From Smithellaceae bacterium (lineage in GTDB: Bacteria; Desulfobacterota; Syntrophia; Syntrophales; Smithellaceae): DNA of 64,000 bases. Numbering within the stretch: position 1 is the first letter of the stretch; every line of letters starts with the position of its first letter. Of the stretch, positions 11,537-21,683 are shown piece by piece. Location of the stretch: NCBI GenBank assembly GCA_963667845.2, contig CAXXVL010000002.1, forward strand, positions 384,001 through 448,000, in the 5' to 3' direction. The position numbers and the translations under genes are program-made. The notes beneath the pieces were generated by a model that did no database searches, was not told the origin of the DNA, and saw nothing but the letters and a program-made list of their open reading frames with translations.

Positions 11537-12904
11537 TTATTTCACCTGGATGAATTTGCCGTTTTCGACCTTTAAAATAAACGCGTCTTTTTGCGCAACC
11601 CGATTGCCGCGAAAGGAAACGCTGCCGGTGACTCCCCGGAACCCGGTGACCGCCAGCAGGCCTTTCATAAAATCGGCGCGCGTCTTAATATGCTGGTCTT
11701 CCAGAACGCTGAACATTATCCCCATCGTATCATAGGACAAGGCTTCAATATTGTCCGGTTCCCGACGATACGCAGAATAGTAAACGTCGACAAAATCGTT
11801 GGTTTCCGGGAGAAATCCGTTCACAAAGAAGCTGTCGGCAAAAACGGCACCTTCCAGGTAATCAGTACCTTTCTTCAGCAGCTCTGGCGAATGCCATAAA
11901 CTCGTCCCCAGAATCTGCACGCCCTTGATGTTATAGAATGCAAGTTGCGCTGTGATCATTTTTACCCGGAAAGCCGAGTCCGGAATAAACAGCGCTTCGA
12001 AATCTACCGTTAATTTACTTTTTGCCTCATCCCTCGTAGCAAAAACTTTTTCGTGCGCTCCGATCCTGTTCTTAGTCAGTTTGCCGATCTGCTCCGCAAA
12101 ATCCGTTTGGGTCTTGCTGTAAGGAACAGCTTTATCCACCTTGCCGCCAATTTCTTTTGCCTCTCTGCGGAATATGCGAACCATGTCTGTACCGTACTCA
12201 TCCTGCGGATAGAGAATGGAAAAGATGGCTACATTCAAGTGATCGAGCGCGTAACGCGTCAAGGCCTCCAGTTGCTGAGTCGGCGTGAGGAAATGCTGAA
12301 ACACAAATTCGCCGACTTCCGTAACGCCTTCTTTGGAGGTGATCAAAACCAGCGGCACGCGACGCGCCTGGGCTTCGCGGGCCGCATCGATTGCTTCGCT
12401 CGTTCCGGAAACGGCCACAATGGCCATCACATGCGCCTGATCGGCCAGGTACTTAACCGCGTCTTTTGTCTTTTGAGGAGTTTCACCGGAATCGGCAACG
12501 ATGATCTTCCATGGTGATCGAGACCGTTGGTTGAAAATATCCGCGGATAGTAATACGGCATCCAGCGCTTTATTTCCGGAATCGGCAAACCGGCCGGTAA
12601 GAGGAAGAATGCATCCGACCGCATAACGATCATCGGAAACAGCGGGTGGCACAATCATCGGCGGCGGGGTCTTGACTTCCACGGGCTTGGTTTCCGGCAC
12701 TTTCACTTTCACTTCCGCTTCTCTGGTGTCCGGCGGCTTAATTGTGGATGGTTTGACTCCGGCAGCCGGCAGCTCTTTTTCAGCGGTCGACGTCCGAGGC
12801 GCCCCCGCTCCCGTCTTTGTTATGACCGTCTGCTTTTCTGCACACCCCATTGACAACAATAGTATGAATAAAGATATCGCTGCCAATCGATGATACGTTT
12901 TCAT
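11537..12904 (-). CDS. lipoprotein, LpoA/LppC-like (penicillin-binding protein activator / type 1 periplasmic-binding fold)
   Basis: Lipobox SMGC, Pro/Lys-rich linker, VGCILPLTG, DFEALFIPD, QILGTSLWH, GVTG. Confidence 0.75.
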   Translation of the reverse strand: MKTYHRLAAISLFILLLSMGCAEKQTVITKTGAGAPRTSTAEKELPAAGVKPSTIKPPDTREAEVKVKVPETKPVEVKTPPPMIVPPAVSDDRYAVGCILPLTGRFADSGNKALDAVLLSADIFNQRSRSPWKIIVADSGETPQKTKDAVKYLADQAHVMAIVAVSGTSEAIDAAREAQARRVPLVLITSKEGVTEVGEFVFQHFLTPTQQLEALTRYALDHLNVAIFSILYPQDEYGTDMVRIFRREAKEIGGKVDKAVPYSKTQTDFAEQIGKLTKNRIGAHEKVFATRDEAKSKLTVDFEALFIPDSAFRVKMITAQLAFYNIKGVQILGTSLWHSPELLKKGTDYLEGAVFADSFFVNGFLPETNDFVDVYYSAYRREPDNIEALSYDTMGIMFSVLEDQHIKTRADFMKGLLAVTGFRGVTGSVSFRGNRVAQKDAFILKVENGKFIQVK

Positions 12905-13230
12905 TTTGCCTCCTCGATAATCGTTACCATATCACGGCGCATTTCTTGCGCCAAACCCGGCTTGTCAATCAAAACGGACATCTCACTATGGTGCCTGGGG
13001 GCCTGATGCGGCAAGTTATGAGTCCCGATAAACACCCGTCTTTGCTCCACACCGCCTTCAGCATGCATCGTTTTTTGAGGCGAGTCCAGATAAACCTTTT
13101 CGCCTCTTTTTTCCCGGCGGTTCATTTGTTTTGAAATTCTGCCGCGATAAAGAGTTCATTTTCCGCCCCATCCACGGCACGCAGAAGAGGGGAAAAGATT
13201 CTTCATTCCTTAACGGGTTGCACCGCACGA
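12901..13230 (-). pseudogene. decayed phospholipase D/Nuc-family gene
   Basis: C-terminal remnant KVYLDSPQKTMHAEGGVEQRRVFIGTHNL...HHSEMSVLI retains H, GxxN and E but has lost K and D of the HKD motif. N-terminal remnant LRNEESF / PLLRAVDGAENELFIA lies in other frames and ends in a stop. Confidence 0.6.
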
Positions 13231-13409
13231 AACACCCTCGGAACCAATAAACGTTTCCGGCAAAGCGCCTTCACCCAAAATGACGAACCCTCCAGCCGGC
13301 AAAAGGTCACGGGCCGTAACCCGTTCCCGGACGCTAAAATGGCTTTTCTATATAAGAACCTTACAATACCGTGATTTATTGTATTATATTTTTCAGGGCA
13401 GGTCGACAT

Positions 13410-13445
13410 AAAAAAGCCCGAAACCGTTTTCACGATTCCGGGCTT
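13410..13445 (-). terminator. rho-independent terminator after dnaK
   Basis: Minus strand aagcccggaatcg-tgaaaa-cggtttcgggctttttt. Confidence 0.8.
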
Positions 13446-13463
13446 AAGTAGAATTATAGTGAT

Positions 13464-15380
13464 TTATTTCTTCACTTCCTCAAAATCCGCGTCCACAACG
13501 TCATCGTCCTTTTTACCCGATGTCTGGCCCTCCGGACCCGCGGCTCCCGCACCGCCTGCAGCACCCGCCCCGCCGGCGGTTTTCGCGTACATGGCTTCGG
13601 CCAGTTTATGGGAGACATTCATCAACTCCTCCTGAGACTTCTTGATCGCTTCAAGATCATCACCTTCCAGCGCTTTCTTCACTTTGGCAATAGCCTCTTC
13701 GATTCTGGTTCTTTCCGCCGCATCAACCTTATCGCCGAACTCCTTCACATTCTTCTCTACGGAGTAAACCAGCGAATCCGCCTGGTTTCTGGCTTCAATG
13801 AACTCCTTGCGCCGCTTGTCTTCTTCGGCATGCGCCTCCGCATCGCGAACCAGCTTTTCGATTTCCGCCTCGGACAGCCCGCTTGACGCGGTAATCTTGA
13901 TGCTCTGCTCTTTACCGGTACCGAGATCCTTGGCGCCAACATGCACAATACCGTTGGCATCAATATCAAAAGTGACTTCGACCTGCGGGACACCGCGCGG
14001 CGCGGGCGGAATTCCTACCAATTCAAATCGTCCCAGAGTCCGGTTATCTGCAGCCATCTGACGCTCGCCCTGCAGGACATGAATACTCACTGCCGGCTGA
14101 TTGTCGGCCGCCGTGGAAAATATCTGACTCTTCTTGCTGGGAATCGTCGTGTTCTTCTCGATGAGTCTGGTCATCACACCGCCCAGGGTTTCAATACCCA
14201 GTGACAGGGGTGTAACATCCAGCAGGAGAACGTCTTTCACATCGCCGGCCAGGACGCCGCCTTGAATGGCCGCGCCGACAGCCACGACTTCATCCGGATT
14301 GACACCTTTATGCGGTTCTTTTCCGAAAAGTTCTTTTACCTTCTGCTGAACGCGCGGCATGCGGGTCATGCCACCGACGAGGATCACCTCGTCAATCTCC
14401 TTCGTTGAAAGATTTGCATCCTTCAGCGCTGTCTGGCAGGGACCGATCACCTTGTCGATCAAATCTTCGACGAGCGATTCCAGTTTGGCGCGTGTCAACT
14501 TGATGTTCATGTGTTTGGGGCCGGCAGCGTCCGCCGTGATGAACGGCAGGTTGATGTCCGTTTCCATTGTCGTGGAGAGTTCCATCTTTGCTTTTTCCGC
14601 CGCTTCCTTCAGGCGCTGCAGCGCCATTTTGTCCGTGCGCAGATCGATCCCCTGGTCCTTCTTGAACTCCGCAACCAGGTAGTCCATGACGCGCTGATCG
14701 AAGTCTTCACCGCCCAGGTGCGTATCCCCGTTGGTCGACTTCACTTCAAAAACACCTTCGCCCAGCTCCAGGATGGAGATATCAAAGGTTCCGCCGCCCA
14801 GATCAAACACAGCGATCTTCTCGTCCTTCTTCTTATCCAGGCCATAGGCCAGCGCCGCAGCGGTCGGTTCATTGATGATGCGCAAGACATTCAGCCCGGC
14901 AATCCTGCCCGCGTCTTTTGTTGCCTGACGCTGCGAGTCGTTGAAATAAGCCGGAACCGTGATCACTGCGTCCGGTGTCTTTTCGCCCAGATATTCTTCA
15001 GCCGTCTGCCTCATCTTCGTCAGAATCATCGCGGAGATTTCCGCCGGAGAATAATTCTTGCCCCGCACGGTGACCTGAGCATCGCCATTGGGCGCTTCGG
15101 TGATCTTGTACGCCGAGATTTTCACGTCATATTGAATTTCCTTGGAACTATATTTTCGGCCGATCAGCCGTTTGACGGCATAAACCGTATTTTCTGAATT
15201 TGTAATCGCCTGCCTTTTCGCCACCTGCCCTACCAGCCGTTCGCCGCTCTCCGTTATGGCAACAACAGACGGGGTGGTGCGGTTGCCTTCCTGATTGGCG
15301 ATAACCACCGGATCGCCTCCCTCCATCACCGCCACGCATGAATTGGTTGTTCCTAAGTCTATCCCGATAATTTTTCCCAT
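13464..15380 (-). CDS. dnaK: chaperone DnaK
   Basis: [29 protein letters not shown] and C-terminal DADFEEV. Confidence 0.99.
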   Translation of the reverse strand: MGKIIGIDLGTTNSCVAVMEGGDPVVIANQEGNRTTPSVVAITESGERLVGQVAKRQAITNSENTVYAVKRLIGRKYSSKEIQYDVKISAYKITEAPNGDAQVTVRGKNYSPAEISAMILTKMRQTAEEYLGEKTPDAVITVPAYFNDSQRQATKDAGRIAGLNVLRIINEPTAAALAYGLDKKKDEKIAVFDLGGGTFDISILELGEGVFEVKSTNGDTHLGGEDFDQRVMDYLVAEFKKDQGIDLRTDKMALQRLKEAAEKAKMELSTTMETDINLPFITADAAGPKHMNIKLTRAKLESLVEDLIDKVIGPCQTALKDANLSTKEIDEVILVGGMTRMPRVQQKVKELFGKEPHKGVNPDEVVAVGAAIQGGVLAGDVKDVLLLDVTPLSLGIETLGGVMTRLIEKNTTIPSKKSQIFSTAADNQPAVSIHVLQGERQMAADNRTLGRFELVGIPPAPRGVPQVEVTFDIDANGIVHVGAKDLGTGKEQSIKITASSGLSEAEIEKLVRDAEAHAEEDKRRKEFIEARNQADSLVYSVEKNVKEFGDKVDAAERTRIEEAIAKVKKALEGDDLEAIKKSQEELMNVSHKLAEAMYAKTAGGAGAAGGAGAAGPEGQTSGKKDDDVVDADFEEVKK

Positions 15381-15396
15381 TTTCTATTCCTCCTTA

Positions 15397-15993
15397 TTAT
15401 CCGTTGGTCTCTTTAATTTCACATCCGTCGTTATCTTTATTTTTTTTGCATACGCAGACTCTCGATGGACGGATCAGTCTGCCGTTCAGCAAATAGCCTT
15501 TTTCCATCTCGCTGACAATCTGGTTGTCCTGGTGTTCCGCGCTGTCCATTTGCATCAGCGCTTCGTGGACGTTGGGATCAAAATTTTCCCCTACGCTGTC
15601 GATCTTCTCCACGCCGTGCTTTTTCAGGCAGCATAGCAACTGGTCCTGAATCAGCGCGATACCGGACTTGAACGACTGCACATCACTGCTTTCCGCATGC
15701 GAAAGTGCCCGATCCAGACTGTCCAGAAAAGGCAGAATATCTTTTATTAAATCTTCTTTACCGTATTTAATGATATCGGCTTTATCCCGTGCCGCCCGCT
15801 TCTTAAAATTCTCCAATTCAGCTGCGATTCGGAGGTAGCGGTCGTAATTTTCTTTGGCTTCTTTTTCTTTTGCGGTAAACGCCGCTTTCAGCTTTTCCGG
15901 ATCGATTGTCTCAACCGGATCCTGCATGGGTGCAACCGGGTCGCCGGACTCCACTTTTATCTTCCTATCCGCATGATCTTTTTTTGAACTCAC
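15397..15993 (-). CDS. grpE: nucleotide exchange factor GrpE
   Basis: RIAAELENFKKR, FDPNVHEAL, KGYLLNGRLIRP; directly upstream of dnaK. Confidence 0.96.
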   Translation of the reverse strand: MSSKKDHADRKIKVESGDPVAPMQDPVETIDPEKLKAAFTAKEKEAKENYDRYLRIAAELENFKKRAARDKADIIKYGKEDLIKDILPFLDSLDRALSHAESSDVQSFKSGIALIQDQLLCCLKKHGVEKIDSVGENFDPNVHEALMQMDSAEHQDNQIVSEMEKGYLLNGRLIRPSRVCVCKKNKDNDGCEIKETNG

Positions 15994-16009
15994 GTAAATA
16001 CCACTCCCT

Positions 16010-16603
16010 TTATTTTATATCCGGCCTCTGGAACAATTTGATATCCACCAATTCACAGATCACGTGGCCGGCTGTAATATGAGTTTCCTGAATTCGTGCC
16101 GTACTGTTCGATGCGACATTCAGGGATAAATCTACCATTTTGGCAATGGCTCCGCCGTCCTTGCCGGTGAAGGCCAATGTGATCAAACCCATTTTCTTGG
16201 CCGTCTCGATTCCCTTTTGCACATTCGGCGAATTCCCGCTCGTACTGATCCCCCAGGCGACATCGCCCTGCTGTCCGAATGCCCGGATCTGTTTGGCGAA
16301 AATCTCTGAGAAGTCATAATCGTTACCTATACTGGTAATAACGGATGTGTCTGTTGTCAATGCTAGCGCGGGTAGCGGCGGTCTTTCGATAATAAACCGG
16401 TTGACAAATTCGGCAGCAATGTGCTGAGCGTCGGCAGCAGAACCGCCGTTGCCGAAAAGCATGATTTTATTGCCTGCTTTGAGAGCTGTCGTCAAAACTT
16501 CTATGACATCGATTAATTTTCCGAGGTTATCATTGATGAAAGCCTCCTTGACGCGGCAACTTTCCTTGAATATCTTTACAGCCTGATCTCTCATGTTGAA
16601 CAT
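16010..16603 (-). CDS. gmhA: D-sedoheptulose 7-phosphate isomerase
   Basis: GNGGSAADAQH, GNDY, STSGNSPNV, ARIQETH. Confidence 0.92.
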   Translation of the reverse strand: MFNMRDQAVKIFKESCRVKEAFINDNLGKLIDVIEVLTTALKAGNKIMLFGNGGSAADAQHIAAEFVNRFIIERPPLPALALTTDTSVITSIGNDYDFSEIFAKQIRAFGQQGDVAWGISTSGNSPNVQKGIETAKKMGLITLAFTGKDGGAIAKMVDLSLNVASNSTARIQETHITAGHVICELVDIKLFQRPDIK

Positions 16604-16642
16604 CCTTATTTTTTATAAGAAACCCCAAGTGAAGCGCCAATT

Positions 16643-16670
16643 AATTTAAGGATGCCATTTTGTGTGTCAA
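16643..16670 (-). promoter_or_regulatory. sigma70-type promoter candidate for gmhA-grpE-dnaK
   Basis: Minus strand TTGACA-N16-TAAATT. Confidence 0.45.
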
Positions 16671-16762
16671 GGGCGGACAAGCGATTTTTTTGCAGATTTC
16701 TCTTGTTCAGACGAACATACGATTGAGCAGAAATCTCAGAGCGAGCTTAAATAAACTCCCCC

Positions 16763-16790
16763 TTGACAACAAAAATTTCATTCATATATT
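16763..16790 (+). promoter_or_regulatory. sigma70-type promoter candidate for the Hsp20 cluster
   Basis: TTGACA-N16-TATATT in an AT-rich intergenic region. Confidence 0.5.
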
Positions 16791-16863
16791 GTGCTTGGAA
16801 CACAAAATAAATAATAATTGCAAATGCTTACAGCAACTTGAGTAAAAAGAAGGAGGAAGAATC

Positions 16864-17301
16864 ATGTTCACCCCGAGTCTATGGAGAGTTCGAAGATTTG
16901 CTGATGTCATGCCGGAAATGCTTAATGTGCAGAGAGAAATGAACCGGCTTTTTTCCAATGTCGGACAGAAGTCACCGGGAAATTACCCGGCAGTCAACAT
17001 CTGGGAGAAAGATGACACAGCCGTCGTGACGGCTGAGCTGCCCGGACTTGATCCGGAAAAAGTGGATGTCTCTGTAACCGGTGATATCTTGACCATCGCA
17101 GGCGAAGTCATGCCTGAAAAATTTAGCGAAGGTGAAACTTACCTGCGTCAGGAAAGAAGCTCAGGAAGTTTCAAAAGAAGCGTTCAATTGCCGTTCCAAA
17201 TCAGCGCACAGGACGTTGGGGCCAAGTATGAAAAGGGGATATTAATGGTTACCTTGCCCCGGATCAAAGAAGATTTACCTAAAAAGATTAAGATTCAATA
17301 G
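16864..17301 (+). CDS. Hsp20/alpha-crystallin small heat shock protein
   Basis: YPAVNIWE, AELPG, ERSSGSFKRSVQLP, YEKGILMVTLP, C-terminal IKI motif. AGGAGG RBS. Confidence 0.93.
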   Translation: MFTPSLWRVRRFADVMPEMLNVQREMNRLFSNVGQKSPGNYPAVNIWEKDDTAVVTAELPGLDPEKVDVSVTGDILTIAGEVMPEKFSEGETYLRQERSSGSFKRSVQLPFQISAQDVGAKYEKGILMVTLPRIKEDLPKKIKIQ

Positions 17302-17322
17302 CCGGAAAGGAGGGCGGATTCG

Positions 17323-17715
17323 ATGATAGAAAAAGATGTGCAAAAAACTGAAAATGTGGCGGCCACCGAGCGTATCCGTAATGTTAAAACGTTCATACCG
17401 CGCGTAGATATTTACGAAAACAAAAAATCACTTTTTTTAATCGCTGATATGCCGGGCGTGGACGAGAAGACTGTGGATATTGAATTGGAAAAAAACATTT
17501 TAACGATCACCGGCCGGGCTGAAAATGGAAGGATCAAGGATGGTGCGATGATGTATTCAGAATACGAAATTGGCGACTATGAAAGAGTATTTACCCTATC
17601 GGATGAAATTGACCGTGATAGGATCGTTGCGACCGTAAAAAACGGCGTTTTGCGACTGGAACTTCCGAAAGCGGAAAAAGTCAAACCGAAAAAAATCGCC
17701 ATCCAGGCGGCATAG
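17323..17715 (+). CDS. Hsp20/alpha-crystallin small heat shock protein
   Basis: PRVDIYE, ADMPGV, YERVFTL, KNGVLRLELPK, IAI motif. Confidence 0.93.
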   Translation: MIEKDVQKTENVAATERIRNVKTFIPRVDIYENKKSLFLIADMPGVDEKTVDIELEKNILTITGRAENGRIKDGAMMYSEYEIGDYERVFTLSDEIDRDRIVATVKNGVLRLELPKAEKVKPKKIAIQAA

Positions 17716-17849
17716 AAAAAATCTCAAGTTTTAAGTTTTTAAGGGGTAAAAGATTTAATCTACAAACCTCCCGAAGCGGGATAATTCGAGTAAACAATTC
17801 CGGCAAACTAAAGCTTCCGGAATCGGCGTCTCATTAGGAGGACATGATT

Positions 17850-18341
17850 ATGAAAATAAAAAATCTATTGCCGACGGCTGGAAAACCCGCAGGAAGAGAC
17901 GATGATCATCCCTTCTATTCTTTGCAGAATCAGATGAATAGTTTGTTTGATGATTTCTTCTCCGGGTTCGACGTCGCACCGCGCGTATTGACGGGCGGCT
18001 TCGGCGCTTTTGTGCCGTCCGTCGACATCAAGGAAAGCGATAAGGATTTTACGATTTATGCCGAACTTCCCGGCGTGGATGAAAAAGATGTTGAGGTATC
18101 GGTAACCGGCGATTCAGTGACCATCAGAGGAGAAAAGAAAGAAGAAAAAGAAGATAAGAGGAAGAATTATTTTTACATGGAACGATCGTACGGTTCTTTC
18201 AACCGCACGATTCCGCTTACGGCAGAAATAGATGCCGATAAAACGCAGGCGAGTTTTAAGAACGGTGTACTGAATATCACCATTCCCAAGACTCAGTCGT
18301 CCGGGTTCAAGGGAACAAAAATCCCCATTACATCCGCATAA
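17850..18341 (+). CDS. Hsp20/alpha-crystallin small heat shock protein
   Basis: PSVDIKE, AELPGV, ERSYGSFNRTIPL, FKNGVLNITIPK, IPI motif. Alternative start at 17844. Confidence 0.93.
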   Translation: MKIKNLLPTAGKPAGRDDDHPFYSLQNQMNSLFDDFFSGFDVAPRVLTGGFGAFVPSVDIKESDKDFTIYAELPGVDEKDVEVSVTGDSVTIRGEKKEEKEDKRKNYFYMERSYGSFNRTIPLTAEIDADKTQASFKNGVLNITIPKTQSSGFKGTKIPITSA

Positions 18342-18350
18342 ACTGAAATC

Positions 18351-18388
18351 GCAAATCCGTCATCCTTTTTAAAGGGTGGCGGATTTGC
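18351..18388 (+). terminator. long hairpin after the Hsp20 cluster
   Basis: gcaaatccgtcatcc...gggtggcggatttgc inverted repeat; weak U-tract. Confidence 0.55.
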
Positions 18389-18550
18389 AGATTTACATAA
18401 ACCATCGCGCACCTTCCCAGCGTTTCTTTTGATGCGGCAATAATTCAATTACCTTGCAGTGACGGACTGCAACCGTGAAAGAAGGTCCGCCCTTTTTCAT
18501 TGCATTTACCCGCCCGGCCTGCTAAACCGCAGCAACAACAGCAAGGATAA

Positions 18551-19315
18551 ATGATCTTTATGGGAAAAACACTCCCGGAAAAATATCCCCAGGTTAAAGA
18601 AGTCACGGATGCCCAGCGAATCAGCATGGTGAAAGAGATTTTTTCTACGATCACCGGCAAATACGACTTCTTGAACCGTCTCCTCAGTCTGCGGCGCGAT
18701 GTCGCCTGGCGAAACTTTGCTGCAAAAAAAATGCACTTTTTTCGGACCAACCGTTATCTGGACGTGGCCTGCGGTACGGGCGATCTGTCGATCGCGGCGG
18801 CGCTCAGGCACCCGCAAATCTCCGTAACCGGAATTGATTTCGTGCCCGCGATGGTGGACGTGGCAAGAGGCAAAGTACAAAAGAAAAATCTCGCCGACAG
18901 AATCGTCCTGATGCAGGGCGACGCGCTGCAGTTGCCCTTTGCCGACAATACCTTTGATGTTTCAGGCATCGCCTTCGGCATTCGCAATATTCCCGATCGT
19001 AAGCAGGCGCTTTCCGAAATGCTGCGCGTGACGATCCCCGGCGGACAAGTGATGGTACTGGAAATGACATTTGTCCAGAATCGTTTCTTTAAGCTGACTT
19101 ATTATGTTTATTTGAATTTTCTACTGCCGGCATTTGCCAAGCTGCTTTCCAAGAACCCCGCCGCTTACTATTACCTGGCCGATTCAATCATGAACTTCCC
19201 CTCCCCGGACGAATTCGCAAAGATCATGGAAGCCTCCGGTATGGTCCGTGTGGAAAAATACCCGCTGACCTTCGGCGTCACGTGGCTGCACATCGGGAAG
19301 AAGGATAAAGGATAA
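18551..19315 (+). CDS. ubiE: demethylmenaquinone/ubiquinone C-methyltransferase (UbiE/MenG)
   Basis: YDFLNRLLSL, LDVACGTGD, GDALQLPF, FGIRNI, AYYYLADSI. Confidence 0.88.
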   Translation: MIFMGKTLPEKYPQVKEVTDAQRISMVKEIFSTITGKYDFLNRLLSLRRDVAWRNFAAKKMHFFRTNRYLDVACGTGDLSIAAALRHPQISVTGIDFVPAMVDVARGKVQKKNLADRIVLMQGDALQLPFADNTFDVSGIAFGIRNIPDRKQALSEMLRVTIPGGQVMVLEMTFVQNRFFKLTYYVYLNFLLPAFAKLLSKNPAAYYYLADSIMNFPSPDEFAKIMEASGMVRVEKYPLTFGVTWLHIGKKDKG

Positions 19316-19430
19316 AGGATAAAGGTTCAAGGTTCAAGGTTCAAGGCGCAAGGTGCAAGGAAAGCCCGGAGGATTCCATCCCGGGCTTCTCTTTTTTTGA
19401 ATCCCGACCTTGTACCTTTTTCCTTGAACC
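19303..19430. repeat. inverted heptamer arrays flanking a bidirectional terminator
   Basis: (ggataaa)3(ggttcaa)3 ggcgcaa ggtgcaa at 19303-19358, and the reverse units ttgtacc tttttcc ttgaacc at 19410-19430. Confidence 0.8.
19361..19398. terminator. bidirectional terminator between ubiE and the cyclase gene
   Basis: aagcccgg...ccgggctt hairpin followed by a T-run. Confidence 0.7.
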
Positions 19431-21580
19431 TACTTTGTGGTTATCACCCACACCCCCTGCCAGTTCTCAGGCGGGTGGGCGATGAGGTCGTCGCACTTTG
19501 CCACATAGGCGCGGGCCACAGGATCGTCGTCTGCGAGTGCGGAAAAACCTTTTTTCGCCCCAGGAAACTCACCTCGATAAAACAAGGCGAGCGCTTCGGC
19601 GAAGCTGTCCATGATCCTCTGCTTCCGCTCGTCGATACCACCGGGCAGCATCGGTTCATAAACGACAACCGGTTCGCGCCGTCCCACAACGGCAACCCGG
19701 GAAACTTCTCGCACAGGAAACGCGTCCCCCATTTGTTCCCTCGTGGATTGTGAAATGAGGCTGTATGTGCCGAACTGCTTGTTGATGCCTTCCAGCCGCG
19801 CCGCCAGGTTCACCGCGTCTCCGATCATCGTGTAGTCGAACCGGGAATGCGACCCCATGTTGCCGACGACGGCGAAACCCGTATTCACGCCGATACGCAT
19901 TTTCAAATCCTTCCTAAGCTTCTCTCTCAGTGGCGGACGCATATCGGCGAGTTTTGCCTGGCACCGCAGCAGGGCTCTCACACAGCGCGCTGCGTGATCC
20001 GGCTGCTCAATCGGCGCGTTCCAGAAAGCGATGATTGCATCCCCCTCATACTTGTCCACCGTGCCGCCCTCTTCGTGAATGATGTCGGTCATGGCGGTCA
20101 GATACACATTGAGAAGATGGGTAAGCGCCTCGGGGTCCAGTCCTTCGGAGATCCCGGTAAAGCCTTCCAGGTCGGAAAAGAAGATCGAGAGCATCTTTCT
20201 TTCACCGCCCAGCTTCAGACGGTCGGGATGGGCAATGATCTGTTCAATCACATCCGGGCTCAAATACTGTTTGAACGCATTTTTAATAAACACCTTCTGG
20301 CGCCCCTCGGTCGTGTAATAAATAAGCCCCGAAGTGAAAAGCGTCACGACCACCCCCACCTCCTGCATCACTAACGGCAGCCAGAAGCCCCACCGATATG
20401 CGACCAGAGAAAGCACAAGCGGCGCACAAATGAAAAACACATAAACCAGAACGCTTCTGAGAATACCCGATGCCCGGGACGTTGCCATGCCGGCGAGAAG
20501 AACAATGACGAGTGCAATCAGGATAGCAGGAATCCGGGGAACGGGCCGGATAAAGTCGTCGGCCAGCAGGTTATCGAGCATCGTGGCGGAAATCTCCACT
20601 CCGGGATAAACGCCGGAAACCGGTGTGGGCCTGAGGTCATAAAGGCCCGGCGCGGAAAACCCGAAGAGCACGTAAGCATTCTTGAAATCATTTACGGAAA
20701 CGGAGGGCGCCTCTCCGTTCTGAAGACGGAGTTCACTTTGAATGATTGACGCGGCGCTATAGGCCTGGTGTGTCCCCGACGGACCCCGGAAATTAAGGAT
20801 GGCACGGCCTGCGGCATCGATCGGGACGGTTCGATCCCCCGCCAAGAAGCGTTCCGGAGTTATTCTTAAAGGCGCAGCCGGCGCCGCGGCCAGGTAACTG
20901 GCGAGCGCCAGCGACGGCAGGACTTTGCCGTCAAACACTTCAAAAAGCGCCGTCCGGCGATAAACGCTGTCCGCGTCGGGATTCAGATGGACATTGGCTA
21001 AAACGCGCGAAGCGGCGGCAATTTCTGCTACGGGAAAAGAGGCCCGGGGAAAAACATCATGCCCCGAATCGGCAAGCCATGGTTGCAGTCCGTTGATACT
21101 CCATGTAGGCACTGGCGCAAAGGACGGCCACTGCTTTTCGCTTCCCTCCTTTTGGCTGAGAAATACGGCCCCGATAAAATACGGGAACCGGCGGATTTCG
21201 GCGGCAAGAGCCTGATCGTCCGCCACACCGTATTTCGACGGCTCCGTAAAAAGCACGTCAAAGGCCAGCGACCTGGCACCGGCGCGTCTGCAGAACTGAA
21301 TAATCGGAGTGTAGACTTCACGCGGCCAGGGCCAGGACAGTCCGTTTTCCGTCCTCGCCCAGTCCAGACTGTTCTGGTCCAGAAGGATCAAGCGGATTTT
21401 TGGCGTCTCGGCAGACGGCTTGGCCAGGAGATTGACCCGCCAATCCCAGGTTTTCGCCTCCCAGCGTTCCAGGAAGCCAGGCCCGAATAAAATGGACGAG
21501 ACTAAAATACCGACGACACCGGCCATCAGGCCCTGTATCAATTTCGCCCTTTTACCCCGGAATAATTTCATCAGGTCCAT
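19430..21580 (-). CDS. CHASE2-domain class III adenylate/guanylate cyclase
   Basis: N-terminal TM, WPWPR...DVLF (CHASE2), YPGVEI, three TMs, FSDLEGFT, DKYEGDA, DYTMIGDAVNLAARLE. GGAGG RBS before MDLMK. Confidence 0.92.
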   Translation of the reverse strand: MDLMKLFRGKRAKLIQGLMAGVVGILVSSILFGPGFLERWEAKTWDWRVNLLAKPSAETPKIRLILLDQNSLDWARTENGLSWPWPREVYTPIIQFCRRAGARSLAFDVLFTEPSKYGVADDQALAAEIRRFPYFIGAVFLSQKEGSEKQWPSFAPVPTWSINGLQPWLADSGHDVFPRASFPVAEIAAASRVLANVHLNPDADSVYRRTALFEVFDGKVLPSLALASYLAAAPAAPLRITPERFLAGDRTVPIDAAGRAILNFRGPSGTHQAYSAASIIQSELRLQNGEAPSVSVNDFKNAYVLFGFSAPGLYDLRPTPVSGVYPGVEISATMLDNLLADDFIRPVPRIPAILIALVIVLLAGMATSRASGILRSVLVYVFFICAPLVLSLVAYRWGFWLPLVMQEVGVVVTLFTSGLIYYTTEGRQKVFIKNAFKQYLSPDVIEQIIAHPDRLKLGGERKMLSIFFSDLEGFTGISEGLDPEALTHLLNVYLTAMTDIIHEEGGTVDKYEGDAIIAFWNAPIEQPDHAARCVRALLRCQAKLADMRPPLREKLRKDLKMRIGVNTGFAVVGNMGSHSRFDYTMIGDAVNLAARLEGINKQFGTYSLISQSTREQMGDAFPVREVSRVAVVGRREPVVVYEPMLPGGIDERKQRIMDSFAEALALFYRGEFPGAKKGFSALADDDPVARAYVAKCDDLIAHPPENWQGVWVITTK

Positions 21581-21683
21581 ATTCTCGCCTCCCAACCGGA
21601 GAAATGAAACTGAGCCGGCTGTCACGAGCCCTTTCAACCACCCGATTGTAACCTTTAGGTTATGCAGGCGGGGTGACTGTCCG

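Noticed and set aside
16604..16863. CIRCE or HAIR heat-shock operators
   Set aside because: No TTAGCACTC-N9-GAGTGCTAA; only a lone CTTGAGT half-site near 16837 with no partner.
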